A stretch of 64,000 nucleotides of DNA from Tepidisphaera sp. (lineage in GTDB: Bacteria; Planctomycetota; Phycisphaerae; Phycisphaerales; UBA1924). Below are positions 1 through 8,207 of this stretch, one piece after another. The stretch's first letter is position 1, and each line of letters opens with the position of its first letter. A program made the translations under genes and the position numbers. The notes beneath the pieces were generated by a model. It searched no databases. It was not told the DNA's origin and saw only the letters and a list, made by a program, of their open reading frames with translations. The stretch is taken from assembly GCA_050916045.1 (NCBI GenBank), contig CP051526.1, forward strand, positions 3,392,001 through 3,456,000, given 5' to 3'.

Positions 1-78
1 AGCGGCGTGGGGCGTGAGGGTGGCGTGGAGGCTCTCAAGTTCTTCACGGAAGCGAAGAATGTGTGTGTGAGGGTTTGA
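1..78 (+). CDS. Aldehyde dehydrogenase, 3' end only (probably 2-aminomuconic/2-hydroxymuconic semialdehyde dehydrogenase type)
   Basis: Frame 1 reads SGVGREGGVEALKFFTEAKNVCVRV*, the typical ALDH C-terminus. A RidA-type deaminase lies two genes downstream. Confidence 0.8.
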   Translation, partial: SGVGREGGVEALKFFTEAKNVCVRV

Positions 79-88
79 GGAGATCTCC

Positions 89-880
89 ATGAGCGAGCAT
101 CGCCAGGATTGGGGTGTGTACATCAAAGAGACGGACGGTGGCCCCACGAGCCTGACCGTCGATCTCGGGTGGATGTCTTCTTGCCCAGACCGCGAGAAGA
201 CCGCTCTGCTGATGGTGCGGCTCGCGTGCCATCGGCGGCGGGAGAACGGCTTCCCGACGCAGGAGGAGCTCGCAGCCCTCTATGCGCTTGAAGACCAAGT
301 GCTCGCGCACCTGACGCCGATGGGGTGGGCTCATGTCGGGACGATCCAGACCGGGGCGCGACGCGAGTTCGTGCTCTACGGGCCCGCAAAGCGAGCGAAG
401 GACGTCGACTTTGGCTTTGTACCGGTCGAGCGTCGCGGCGACCCGTTCGTGCGAGCGGCCCAGGACCAGACGTGGGACTTCTACCGATCGGTCTTGTATC
501 CGGACGCCGGCGCCCTTCAGGAGATCAAGGATGACCGCGTGCTCAAGACGCTTGCGGAGCACGGCGACGTCGCCGAGATCCGACGGCGCGTGGACCACTG
601 GGCGTACTTTTCATCGGCGGGCAAGCGACACGAGTTCGCCGCAACGGTGGAGCGGATGGGTTACGCCATCGAAGGCGTGAGCGACCCCGGCGAGACATCG
701 GACCGGTACGGAGTGGCGTTCTTCCACACGTCGGAAGTCACACCGGAGCAGATCCATGCCGTGACGACGGTGCTCAACGAGCTCGCGACTGAGATGGGAG
801 GCGAGTACGACGGGTGGGAAACGCAAGTCATGCGGCGAAAGGCATCGCTTTGGAAGCGGATGCTGGGCCGCGATTCATGA
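89..880 (+). CDS. DUF695 domain protein with C-terminal RraB-like domain
   Basis: ENGFPTQEE..L..LED motif, GD..IRRRVDHWAYF and terminal GGEYDGWET. GGAGG RBS precedes the ATG. Confidence 0.75.
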   Translation: MSEHRQDWGVYIKETDGGPTSLTVDLGWMSSCPDREKTALLMVRLACHRRRENGFPTQEELAALYALEDQVLAHLTPMGWAHVGTIQTGARREFVLYGPAKRAKDVDFGFVPVERRGDPFVRAAQDQTWDFYRSVLYPDAGALQEIKDDRVLKTLAEHGDVAEIRRRVDHWAYFSSAGKRHEFAATVERMGYAIEGVSDPGETSDRYGVAFFHTSEVTPEQIHAVTTVLNELATEMGGEYDGWETQVMRRKASLWKRMLGRDS

Positions 881-890
881 AGGAGCAGCG

Positions 891-1316
891 ATGACATCTC
901 TTCATTCCAACACCGCCGCCGAACCCCTTGGCCCGTACGCCCACGCCCGCAGGGCGGGGAATCTGCTCTTTTTGTCCGGGATCGGGCCGCGGAAGCGCGG
1001 GAGCAAGGACATTCCCGGAGCGGTCGTCGATGCGACGGGGAACCTGGCTGATTACTCGATCGAAGCGGAGATGCGGTCGTGCTTTGAGAACATCCGGATC
1101 GTGCTTGAGGAAGCCGGGAGCCGCTGGGAGAAGATCGTGGATGTCGCCGTCTACCTGACGGATATGAAGCGGGACTGGAAGGAATACAACCGCGTGTACG
1201 CGGAGTTTTTCAAGGCTCCGAACCTGCCGACGCGGACCACCGTCGAGGTGAAGTCGCTCCCAACGGGTGGGAACACGCCGATTCACTTTGAGATCAAGGT
1301 GGTGGCGGAGGTTTGA
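891..1316 (+). CDS. RidA/YjgF family protein, 2-aminomuconate deaminase-like
   Basis: PLGPYAHARRAGNLLFLSGIGPR, PTRTTVEV..LP..I.FEIK. Follows an ALDH gene. AGGAG RBS. Confidence 0.85.
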   Translation: MTSLHSNTAAEPLGPYAHARRAGNLLFLSGIGPRKRGSKDIPGAVVDATGNLADYSIEAEMRSCFENIRIVLEEAGSRWEKIVDVAVYLTDMKRDWKEYNRVYAEFFKAPNLPTRTTVEVKSLPTGGNTPIHFEIKVVAEV

Positions 1317-1349
1317 GGGATTGAATTCACGCGAGTTCGGCCCGAACGC

Positions 1350-1778
1350 ATGACGAGCCAAGCCTCCAAACCGATGTGCGACTGCGGGTATGAGCTTTCG
1401 GGGCTTGCCGGGCCGCCGTGGGCCTGTCCGGAATGTGCGAAGCGCAGGGAGGTTTGGCCGCCGCCGGAATGGGAGGAATCGGCGAGGACTTCGCCACGCG
1501 AATGGGCGGTCGCCCGCTGGAGTCTGCTTGCGATGGTGCCGCCGGTTCTCGTCGTGCCGTGGATCGGATCGACTCTGATGATTGTGCCGCTCGCCATTGC
1601 GGCGGTCGGATGCGTGGTGTTTGCCGCGGCGCTTTCGTGGTCATTCGTGCGCGGCAAGAACGGCGCGGAGCTTTTGATCGGGCTGATGCCGTTCGGCTGC
1701 ATGATGGCGTTCATGTTCGTGTTCGGAGCGACGATGCTCTTTGCAATTGTGCAGATCCTGCGCGGCGCGTTTGCTTGA
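1350..1778 (+). CDS. Membrane protein with N-terminal zinc-ribbon motif
   Basis: CDCGYELSGL..WACPEC followed by three hydrophobic segments. Confidence 0.65.
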   Translation: MTSQASKPMCDCGYELSGLAGPPWACPECAKRREVWPPPEWEESARTSPREWAVARWSLLAMVPPVLVVPWIGSTLMIVPLAIAAVGCVVFAAALSWSFVRGKNGAELLIGLMPFGCMMAFMFVFGATMLFAIVQILRGAFA

Positions 1779-1840
1779 GCTCGGGATGCACCACGCGACT
1801 GGGTCAGGATCGGCAGTTGCCGCCTTCACGGATTGCCACG

Positions 1841-2356
1841 CTATTCAGATTCTGCGAGCCGCTCGCGTTCGCGCTTTGCCGCGGCTTCCTCGGCGATCTT
1901 TCGGATCTGCTCCGCGAACGATTCTCGCCGCTGCGTTTGATGAAAGTGCTCGCGGGAATCGTTGGTGAGTCGGCGTTGACCTTCAATGTCGGAGTTCTGC
2001 AGGTGGCGAGACCACCCTCCAAGCTGGCGGCCGATTTCCTCGGCATCGGCCCGAAGCTCGTTCGCGTATGCCCTTGTTTCGGCTGAAACCGGAAGTTCTG
2101 TGGCGATCGAGAGCATGGACCTGCACTCGCCGGCGCTGCCTTTGGCGATGTAGATGTACCGGAGAAGCAGCTCCGTCGTGCCCGCTTCGAAGCCTTCCGC
2201 GATGTTGTTGCTGATGGAGAGCGAAGCCCGCTCGAGTTGATCGGCGAAGTCGCCCTTGCGTCGAATGACGGGGTCGTCAGTGAACTGCGCGACCCGGATG
2301 AAAAAACGAGCCGCGTCTTTCCAGACCTTGAGATCTTCGAAGCGGTCGTATTTCAT
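1841..2356 (-). CDS. Four helix bundle protein (23S rRNA IVP / bAvd-like family)
   Basis: FEDLKVWK..DQLERASLSISNNIAEGFE..YIAKGSAGECRSML. Start placed at ATG 2356 after an AGGA RBS. Confidence 0.9.
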   Translation of the reverse strand: MKYDRFEDLKVWKDAARFFIRVAQFTDDPVIRRKGDFADQLERASLSISNNIAEGFEAGTTELLLRYIYIAKGSAGECRSMLSIATELPVSAETRAYANELRADAEEIGRQLGGWSRHLQNSDIEGQRRLTNDSREHFHQTQRRESFAEQIRKIAEEAAAKRERERLAESE

Positions 2357-2371
2357 GGCGGAGTTCCTGCA

Positions 2372-2434
2372 TTTCAAATTTCAAATTTCAAATTTCAAAT
2401 TTCAAATTTCAAATTTCAAATTTCAAATTTCAAA
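2372..2434. repeat. Perfect heptanucleotide tandem repeat (TTTCAAA)x9
   Basis: Nine exact copies read directly. AT-rich island directly upstream of the four helix bundle gene. Confidence 0.97.
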
Positions 2435-2470
2435 TTTTTCAGATGCGATCGCCCTCGCCTGATCCACACC

Positions 2471-2791
2471 TTACCCAAAGCTCCGCCCCGTCTCCAGATC
2501 CACCAGTTTCCACTTGAGCGCCCGGCATGCCCGTTCGAGCACCGGCCAGGCGATTTCATCGTCGGTCATCGTCACCATCGCTTGCGCGACGGAGTCGGTG
2601 GTCGTTGGGATCTCGACCATCATGCCCGGGCCGTGGAGGACTTCGGTGCCGGCGGTTTTGGAGCGGACAGAACCGTCGACCGCGGTGTTGTAGCGGGCGA
2701 GGGCTTCCTTGACGGCGGTGTGCGAACCCAAGGGAGCGGGCGGCTCACCTTTGGCGACACTCTTCATCAGCACGACCTGACGCTTGGGCAC
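2471..2791 (-). CDS. Hypothetical protein (106 aa)
   Basis: GTG start overlaps the TAG stop of the response regulator gene. Host-like codon usage. Confidence 0.75.
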   Translation of the reverse strand: MPKRQVVLMKSVAKGEPPAPLGSHTAVKEALARYNTAVDGSVRSKTAGTEVLHGPGMMVEIPTTTDSVAQAMVTMTDDEIAWPVLERACRALKWKLVDLETGRSFG

Positions 2792-3243
2792 TACGCCTCC
2801 TCCTCGGAATCATCTTCGTACACCGAATCCTCGCGCTGAGGACGAGCGACCGGGCCGCGTGCTTTGAGCAGTTCAACGGCGGCGGTGAGCAGGCGTTCAA
2901 GCGGGACGGGCTTGAGCATGTACTTGTCAACGCCGAGGGATTCGGCGTAAGCCTGATGGCGGCGGCCCTCGTTGGCGGTCACCATGATGACGACCGGGCT
3001 GTCCTCGCGACCCTTGATCTTCTCCACAGCGAGAAAGCCGGAGCGTTTGGGGAGCATCATGTCGAGGATGACCAGATCGGGCGGGTCCTCCTTGCAGATG
3101 CGCACGGCTTCGGCGCCGTCGGCGGCGAGGGCGGTCAGCGCCCCTTCGGACTGGAACGCGGCGTCGATGGATTCGAGCACGTCCTGATCGTCGTCGACGA
3201 TGAGAACCCTGACATCTTCAAGCCTGCCGACCGCTTCGGACAT
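2791..3243 (-). CDS. Stand-alone response regulator receiver protein
   Basis: VLIVDDD, PDLVILDMMLP, VIMVTA, YMLKP receiver motifs. Confidence 0.92.
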   Translation of the reverse strand: MSEAVGRLEDVRVLIVDDDQDVLESIDAAFQSEGALTALAADGAEAVRICKEDPPDLVILDMMLPKRSGFLAVEKIKGREDSPVVIMVTANEGRRHQAYAESLGVDKYMLKPVPLERLLTAAVELLKARGPVARPQREDSVYEDDSEEEA

Positions 3244-3297
3244 GGTGCATCTCCTGGGGCAACCGTAGCCGCGTGTTCCGCCGGGGAGCCGCGCGGC

Positions 3298-4374
3298 TCA
3301 TCCGGCGACGGCACGGCTTTCCCGTTCGCTCCGCTCGACGATCCGTCCGAGCTCATCGTCGGTCATCCAGGGGAGGGAGCGAAGCTTGTCCCGGAGGCTG
3401 TCCGGAAAGGGCTTGCCGTTGCGTTCATGCGGCGGACGGCTTCTCCAGATTCGGTGCATCCAGAGGTACTGATCCGGGGCTTTGAGAATCATCGCTTCCA
3501 TCGCGCGGCGGTAGCGTGCGGTCAGGTAAAAGAGCGGGTCGGGCTGGGCCCGATAGTCCTCGGGCCCGAAGACGTCCTGAATCTCCATGACGTAGCCCAG
3601 GCCCCGGCCCGGGCGGGCGGCTCGCTCGGCCGCGGTCTGTCGGCGGGCGAATCCACAGACCATCACCGCGTCGTGCTGGAGAGCCATGAGACCGATCGAC
3701 TTGTACGTGGAGGTGAGGCGGCCAAAGCAGGGGACGAAGACGCCGCGGTCGCCGCCGTTCTGATCGGCGATGAGGCCGACGGGGTGGCCGGCTTTCATGG
3801 CTTTGGGAAGGTCGTGCACCGCGCCGAACTTGGACACCATGGTCATCCCCTGGCGCTGCCGGCTTTCGCGGACCCAGAGGTCAAGCGGCTTGAGGTCGAG
3901 CGGGCGGTACACGGCATGGAGCGGGAAGCCCATCATGGCGATCGCGGCACCGACGAGCTCCCAGTTTCCGACGTGGCCGGAGATCATGATGCAGGGGCGC
4001 TCGCCGATGAGCCGGGCGACCGCCGGGTGGATGTCTCCGACGGCGAGGTGTCGATGCCAGGAATCGACGCTGAGGACGCGCGGGATGAACGAAAGCTCGA
4101 CGCCGAGCCGGAAGATGTGCTCGTAGGCGTCCAGCGCGTGACTGCGACGCTCTTCGGGCGTCCACTGCGGGAAGACCTCGCGGAGGTTCTCGTCCGCGCG
4201 GGCGAGCCGCTTGCGGTTGAAGGGCATCGCGCCAAACAGGCGGCCGAGCCGGCCAGCGAACTCGGTCGCGGCGGTCGGGGAAACGAGGGTGGGTGCGGCG
4301 AGCGCGAGGCGGATCGTCGCCGCCAGAGGAATCTGGAGGGCGAGCGGAAGCGGGCTGCCTCGGGCTTTGGCCAT
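3298..4374 (-). CDS. Lipid A/lysophospholipid acyltransferase (LpxL/HtrB family)
   Basis: SGHVGNWE, LIADQ, PDQYLWMHRIWRSRP motifs. Confidence 0.88.
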   Translation of the reverse strand: MAKARGSPLPLALQIPLAATIRLALAAPTLVSPTAATEFAGRLGRLFGAMPFNRKRLARADENLREVFPQWTPEERRSHALDAYEHIFRLGVELSFIPRVLSVDSWHRHLAVGDIHPAVARLIGERPCIMISGHVGNWELVGAAIAMMGFPLHAVYRPLDLKPLDLWVRESRQRQGMTMVSKFGAVHDLPKAMKAGHPVGLIADQNGGDRGVFVPCFGRLTSTYKSIGLMALQHDAVMVCGFARRQTAAERAARPGRGLGYVMEIQDVFGPEDYRAQPDPLFYLTARYRRAMEAMILKAPDQYLWMHRIWRSRPPHERNGKPFPDSLRDKLRSLPWMTDDELGRIVERSERESRAVAG

Positions 4375-4435
4375 GACGGATGGTACTTGCGGCAGGGGCG
4401 GGTCGCGCGAGGGCGGGCGAAGCCGGGAGCGGGAC

Positions 4436-4469
4436 GAAAAACCGCCCGCGGGAAAGGCCCGCGGGCGGT
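4436..4469 (-). terminator. Intrinsic terminator after the coiled-coil gene
   Basis: ACCGCCCGCGGG-N5-CCCGCGGGCGGT stem followed by TTTTC on the minus strand. Confidence 0.7.
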
Positions 4470-4492
4470 GGGTTGCGTGATCGGTGAGCGGT

Positions 4493-5884
4493 TCAGCGGA
4501 CCGAGGAGCGGATCGGCTTGGCGCCGATGAGGGTCATGAACCGGTTCTGGTTCAGGATCGGCACGCTCGTGGACTGAGCGGACTTGTAGAACTCGTCGTA
4601 CTTGGCGACTTCCTGCTCCATCTTGACGTACTGCTGAACGACCTCGAACGGCGAGCCGTCGGAGGGACGCGGGGGCAGGATGGGCTTCTCGCCCAGGAGG
4701 AGGAAGTCGACATCACCGGCGAGTTCATCGAGGCTCGCGGCACCCCAACCCTCGACGAGGGAGATGATGTCGGCCCGTTCCATCGGGGTGGCGACGCCGT
4801 CGCCGTTGGCGTCGAAGTTGCCGTAGACGACGATCTTGTACTTCTTGTTGGGGTCGTAGACCGCGTTGGAGACCACGTCACCCTTGACGACGGGCGAGCC
4901 CTTGGTCTCGGAATTGATGCGGCAGGTCGCGGTCTCGGCGCCGACGTTGATCACTTCGATCGTGGCTTTGCCGCGGCGGTACTCGCCGGTGCGCTCGTCG
5001 ATCTTGATCTGGGAAGCGGAGGCGTAGACGGAGAAGGTGATGCCGAGCGGAAGCTTCTGCTTGGAACCGATGTTGATGATGACCTGGCGACCGTCGGGCG
5101 CGACGCCGACGATCTGGGCGTCGACGAGAGCTTCCTCGGCCTGGGCCGCGAGGATCTCGGCGCTCTGCTCACCGCGGAGCTTGGCGAGCTGTTCGACGAT
5201 GACGAGGTTCTCGCGCTCGAGCGTTGAGATCTTGGCTTCGAGGATCTTCTGGCGAGCGGCGGCGTCGGCTTCGAGCTGACCAATGAGGGTGGTCATCTTG
5301 CCGCTGGCTTCGTCGACACCGGAGCGGTACTGTTTGAGCTCACCCTCGTAGGCGGCGATGGAGGTCTTGAGGCGGCCGTTCTCTTCGTTGAGAGCCTTCA
5401 GGGTGTCGGCGACGGTCGCTTTGGTGCGTTCGAGCTCGTCGATGGCATCCTTGCGGGCCTTGTCGGCTTCTTCGGAGCTGGCGGTGAGGGTCTTGATCTG
5501 CTCATCGCGGGAGGCGAGGGCGCCCACGAGGGAGCCGCCTTCGCCGGCGAGAGCGGCTTTGACCTTGGCGTCAAACTCATCGAACTTGGTGTTCTCAGCG
5601 CCGGTGGTCGAGCGCATGATGCCGGAGACGCGGTCGCGCATGTACGCGACGAGCGACTTGTTGGCTTTGCGGGCGTCGGCCTGGAGCGCGAGGATCTCGC
5701 CGTCCTTGCGCTCGTTGTCGGTGATGAACGGCGTCGTGTCGTTCTTCATCCGGTTGTACTCTTCCTTCTGGGCGTTGTACTTCCCGAAGAAGATCGCGGT
5801 GAAGACGAACAAAGCGAGCGTGGTCAGGCTCAAGAGAGTGATCGCCACGCCGACACCAACACTCGAACTGGTCTTGCCAGCCAT
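4493..5884 (-). CDS. Membrane-anchored long coiled-coil protein with BRCT-like C-terminus
   Basis: N-terminal TM helix, a long heptad-rich region, then IISLVEGWGA..VDFLLLG..VPILNQNRF resembling BRCT. Confidence 0.65.
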   Translation of the reverse strand: MAGKTSSSVGVGVAITLLSLTTLALFVFTAIFFGKYNAQKEEYNRMKNDTTPFITDNERKDGEILALQADARKANKSLVAYMRDRVSGIMRSTTGAENTKFDEFDAKVKAALAGEGGSLVGALASRDEQIKTLTASSEEADKARKDAIDELERTKATVADTLKALNEENGRLKTSIAAYEGELKQYRSGVDEASGKMTTLIGQLEADAAARQKILEAKISTLERENLVIVEQLAKLRGEQSAEILAAQAEEALVDAQIVGVAPDGRQVIINIGSKQKLPLGITFSVYASASQIKIDERTGEYRRGKATIEVINVGAETATCRINSETKGSPVVKGDVVSNAVYDPNKKYKIVVYGNFDANGDGVATPMERADIISLVEGWGAASLDELAGDVDFLLLGEKPILPPRPSDGSPFEVVQQYVKMEQEVAKYDEFYKSAQSTSVPILNQNRFMTLIGAKPIRSSVR

Positions 5885-6210
5885 GCAAGGCCTCCAAAGA
5901 CAATCGGACCGGACACTCCATCATCCCGCCGGAATCGTCCGGCCGGGCCCCGCCACTCCCCGCTTCCTTCCCGCCCCCCCTCGGCCCACCGCGCCCACCG
6001 CCAGGCACCGACTCAAGCGCCCATTCCCCATGGGCTTTCTTTGATCGCATTCTGTTCGGATCGTCGCAGTTTCCCGCAGGGGCGGGCACTATCGCAGATC
6101 CGAGGGCCGACGTCAAACGGTGGGCGAGGAGGATACGCCTGCAAACGCAGATTTGATCCCAAAATCCTCAAGGCACCTTCCGACCCTATGCCTTACATAA
6201 GCCTATCGCG

Positions 6211-8112
6211 TCACATGCGCTCCACGATGGGCAAGCCAAGTGTCGTCAGACCGTCGGCCAGCAGGCGGCTGGCAACGCTGCAAAGCCTGAGGCGGCTTGC
6301 TCGCGCGTCGGGCGTCTCCGCGGTCAGGATCGGGCAGTTGGTGTAGAAAGCCGAGTAGGCTCCGGCGAGTTCGTAGAGGAACTGGCAGAGGCGGTGCGGC
6401 TCGGCGGCGTCGGCCGCGGCCGCGAGCGCCGCCGGGTACTTCAGCATGGTGAGGGCGAGCGCCCGCTCGGCGGGATCCGCGAGCGAGATCGGAGTTGACT
6501 CCCAACCGGTGATTCCCTGCTCGGCCGCTTTGCGGAAGATCGACCGGGTCCGGGCGTAGGCGTAAAGCAGATACGGGCCGGTGTTGCCCTCGAACGCGAC
6601 CATGCGGTCAAAGCTGAAGGTGTAGTCCTTGACGCGTTCGATCGAAAGGTCGGCGTACTTGATGGCGGAGACGCCCACCGCCCACGCGGTGCCGTCGAAA
6701 TCGGCATCGCCGACATCCGCGCCGCGATTCTTCATCTCGGCGGCGGCGCGGGTGGAACCTTCGGTGATCAGGTCCGCCAGTTTGACGTTTTCGCCCGAGC
6801 GGGTCTTGAAGGGACGGCCATCCTCGCCGAGGATGGTTCCGAAAGCGGCGTGCGTGAGCGTGGCGGGCTCGGCCCGGCCTTGCTTGGTCGCGTATCCGGC
6901 CCGCTTGGCGGCGGAGAAGACCTGCTTGAAGTGGAGCCCCTGCCGGGCGTCGACGCAGTAAACGACGCGGTCGGCGCCGAGCTTCTGCACGCGGCGGCGG
7001 ATGGCGGCGATGTCGGTGGTGGCGTAGAGGAACCCGCCGTCGCGCTTGCGGATGAGGCAGGGTTCCTTGATGTCGCCCCATTCGGGCTTGTCGAGACGGA
7101 CGACAACCGCGCCGTCGTCGATCTCGGCGACGCCGCGCTTGAGCAGATCGTCGATGACGGGAGCGAGTTCATCCGCGTAGCTGCTTTCGCCGGCGGTGTG
7201 TTCGGGGAGGACGATCGCGCCGAGTTTGCGGCAGTTTTCGGCGCAAGCAGCGATGGTGACATCGACGATGCGTTGCCAGACGGCGAGGATGCCGGGCTCT
7301 TTGGCTTGGAGGTCGATCAGGGTGCGTTTCGCGGCGGCGAGGGCGATCTGCGCGGCTTTGCCGGACTCGATTTCATCGGCCCACTCGGCCGCGAACTTGG
7401 CCGTGAGAAACGGCGCGAAGTCCTGAACGACGTCGCCGAGCGACGCGGGCGGGGCGCACTCCTTCTGAGCGGCTTTGTAGTGCCGATCGAGGTCGGCGAG
7501 GACGATGGTGGCGAGATTGAGGCGGCCGGCTTCCATCTCGCGTTTGACGCGTCCGCAGACCATCGCGATGGGCAGCCCCCAGTCGCCGAGGTGGTTCTGC
7601 CTGACGACTTTGTGGCCAAGCCGCGCGAAGATCCGGGCCATGGCGTCGCCGATGATGGTCGAACGCAGGTGCCCGACGTGCATCTCCTTCGCGAGATTGA
7701 CTCCGCAGAGATCGACGACGACGGTCATCGGAGATGCGGGGGGCGTGACGCCCAGAGCCGGGGTGTCCATCCGGGCGGAGAGGGTCGCGAGGGCGTCGGC
7801 TCGCATGCGGATGTTGATGAAGCCGGGGCCCGCGATCGAAGCTTCGGTGACGGGCTCGCAGAGGTCGTCGACCTTGAGAGCGGCGACGATGGCTTTGGCG
7901 GCGTCGCGTGGCGGCTTGCCGACGCGTTTGGCGAGACCCATCGCCGCGTTGGACTGGAAATCGCCGGCGGAGGGGTTTTTGTTGGGCGCGATGAGGGGAT
8001 CGGCTTCGCCCTCGAGGGCGGGGAACGCCTCGGCCATCGCCGAACGGAAACGGGCGGCCAGGAGCAAAGCCGGGTCGAGGTCGGGAACGGCGATAGGGGT
8101 CGAATCCGGCAT
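6211..8112 (-). CDS. argS: Arginine--tRNA ligase
   Basis: GDFQSNAAM, AGPGFIN, NLAKEMHVGHLRST, FKTRSG, GNTGPYLLYAYAR, terminal ERM. Confidence 0.97.
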   Translation of the reverse strand: MPDSTPIAVPDLDPALLLAARFRSAMAEAFPALEGEADPLIAPNKNPSAGDFQSNAAMGLAKRVGKPPRDAAKAIVAALKVDDLCEPVTEASIAGPGFINIRMRADALATLSARMDTPALGVTPPASPMTVVVDLCGVNLAKEMHVGHLRSTIIGDAMARIFARLGHKVVRQNHLGDWGLPIAMVCGRVKREMEAGRLNLATIVLADLDRHYKAAQKECAPPASLGDVVQDFAPFLTAKFAAEWADEIESGKAAQIALAAAKRTLIDLQAKEPGILAVWQRIVDVTIAACAENCRKLGAIVLPEHTAGESSYADELAPVIDDLLKRGVAEIDDGAVVVRLDKPEWGDIKEPCLIRKRDGGFLYATTDIAAIRRRVQKLGADRVVYCVDARQGLHFKQVFSAAKRAGYATKQGRAEPATLTHAAFGTILGEDGRPFKTRSGENVKLADLITEGSTRAAAEMKNRGADVGDADFDGTAWAVGVSAIKYADLSIERVKDYTFSFDRMVAFEGNTGPYLLYAYARTRSIFRKAAEQGITGWESTPISLADPAERALALTMLKYPAALAAAADAAEPHRLCQFLYELAGAYSAFYTNCPILTAETPDARASRLRLCSVASRLLADGLTTLGLPIVERM

Positions 8113-8144
8113 GGGGGCGATGGTAGGGAGCGACGCCCCAGCGT

Positions 8145-8185
8145 GAAAAACAAAGCCGGCCCGGGAGAGACTCTCCCGGGCCGGC
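8145..8185 (-). terminator. Intrinsic terminator after the secreted dockerin-tail gene
   Basis: Perfect inverted repeat GCCGGCCCGGGAGAG/CTCTCCCGGGCCGGC (8155-8185) followed by TTTGTTTTT on the minus strand. Confidence 0.8.
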
Positions 8186-8207
8186 GAAACTTCAAAGCGG
8201 GGGCTGA

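Noticed and set aside
2372..2434. Possible CRISPR array
   Set aside because: 7-nt tandem units without spacers, and no cas genes in the window.
1841..2434. Diversity-generating retroelement (Avd-like gene)
   Set aside because: No reverse transcriptase or TR/VR pair was seen in the window.
2237..2839. ORFs with FQISNFK repeats
   Set aside because: They are translations of the non-coding TTTCAAA array and overlap real minus-strand genes.
7300..7480. Extra helical segment in ArgRS
   Set aside because: A modest insertion in a variable region with no motif suggesting a separate function.
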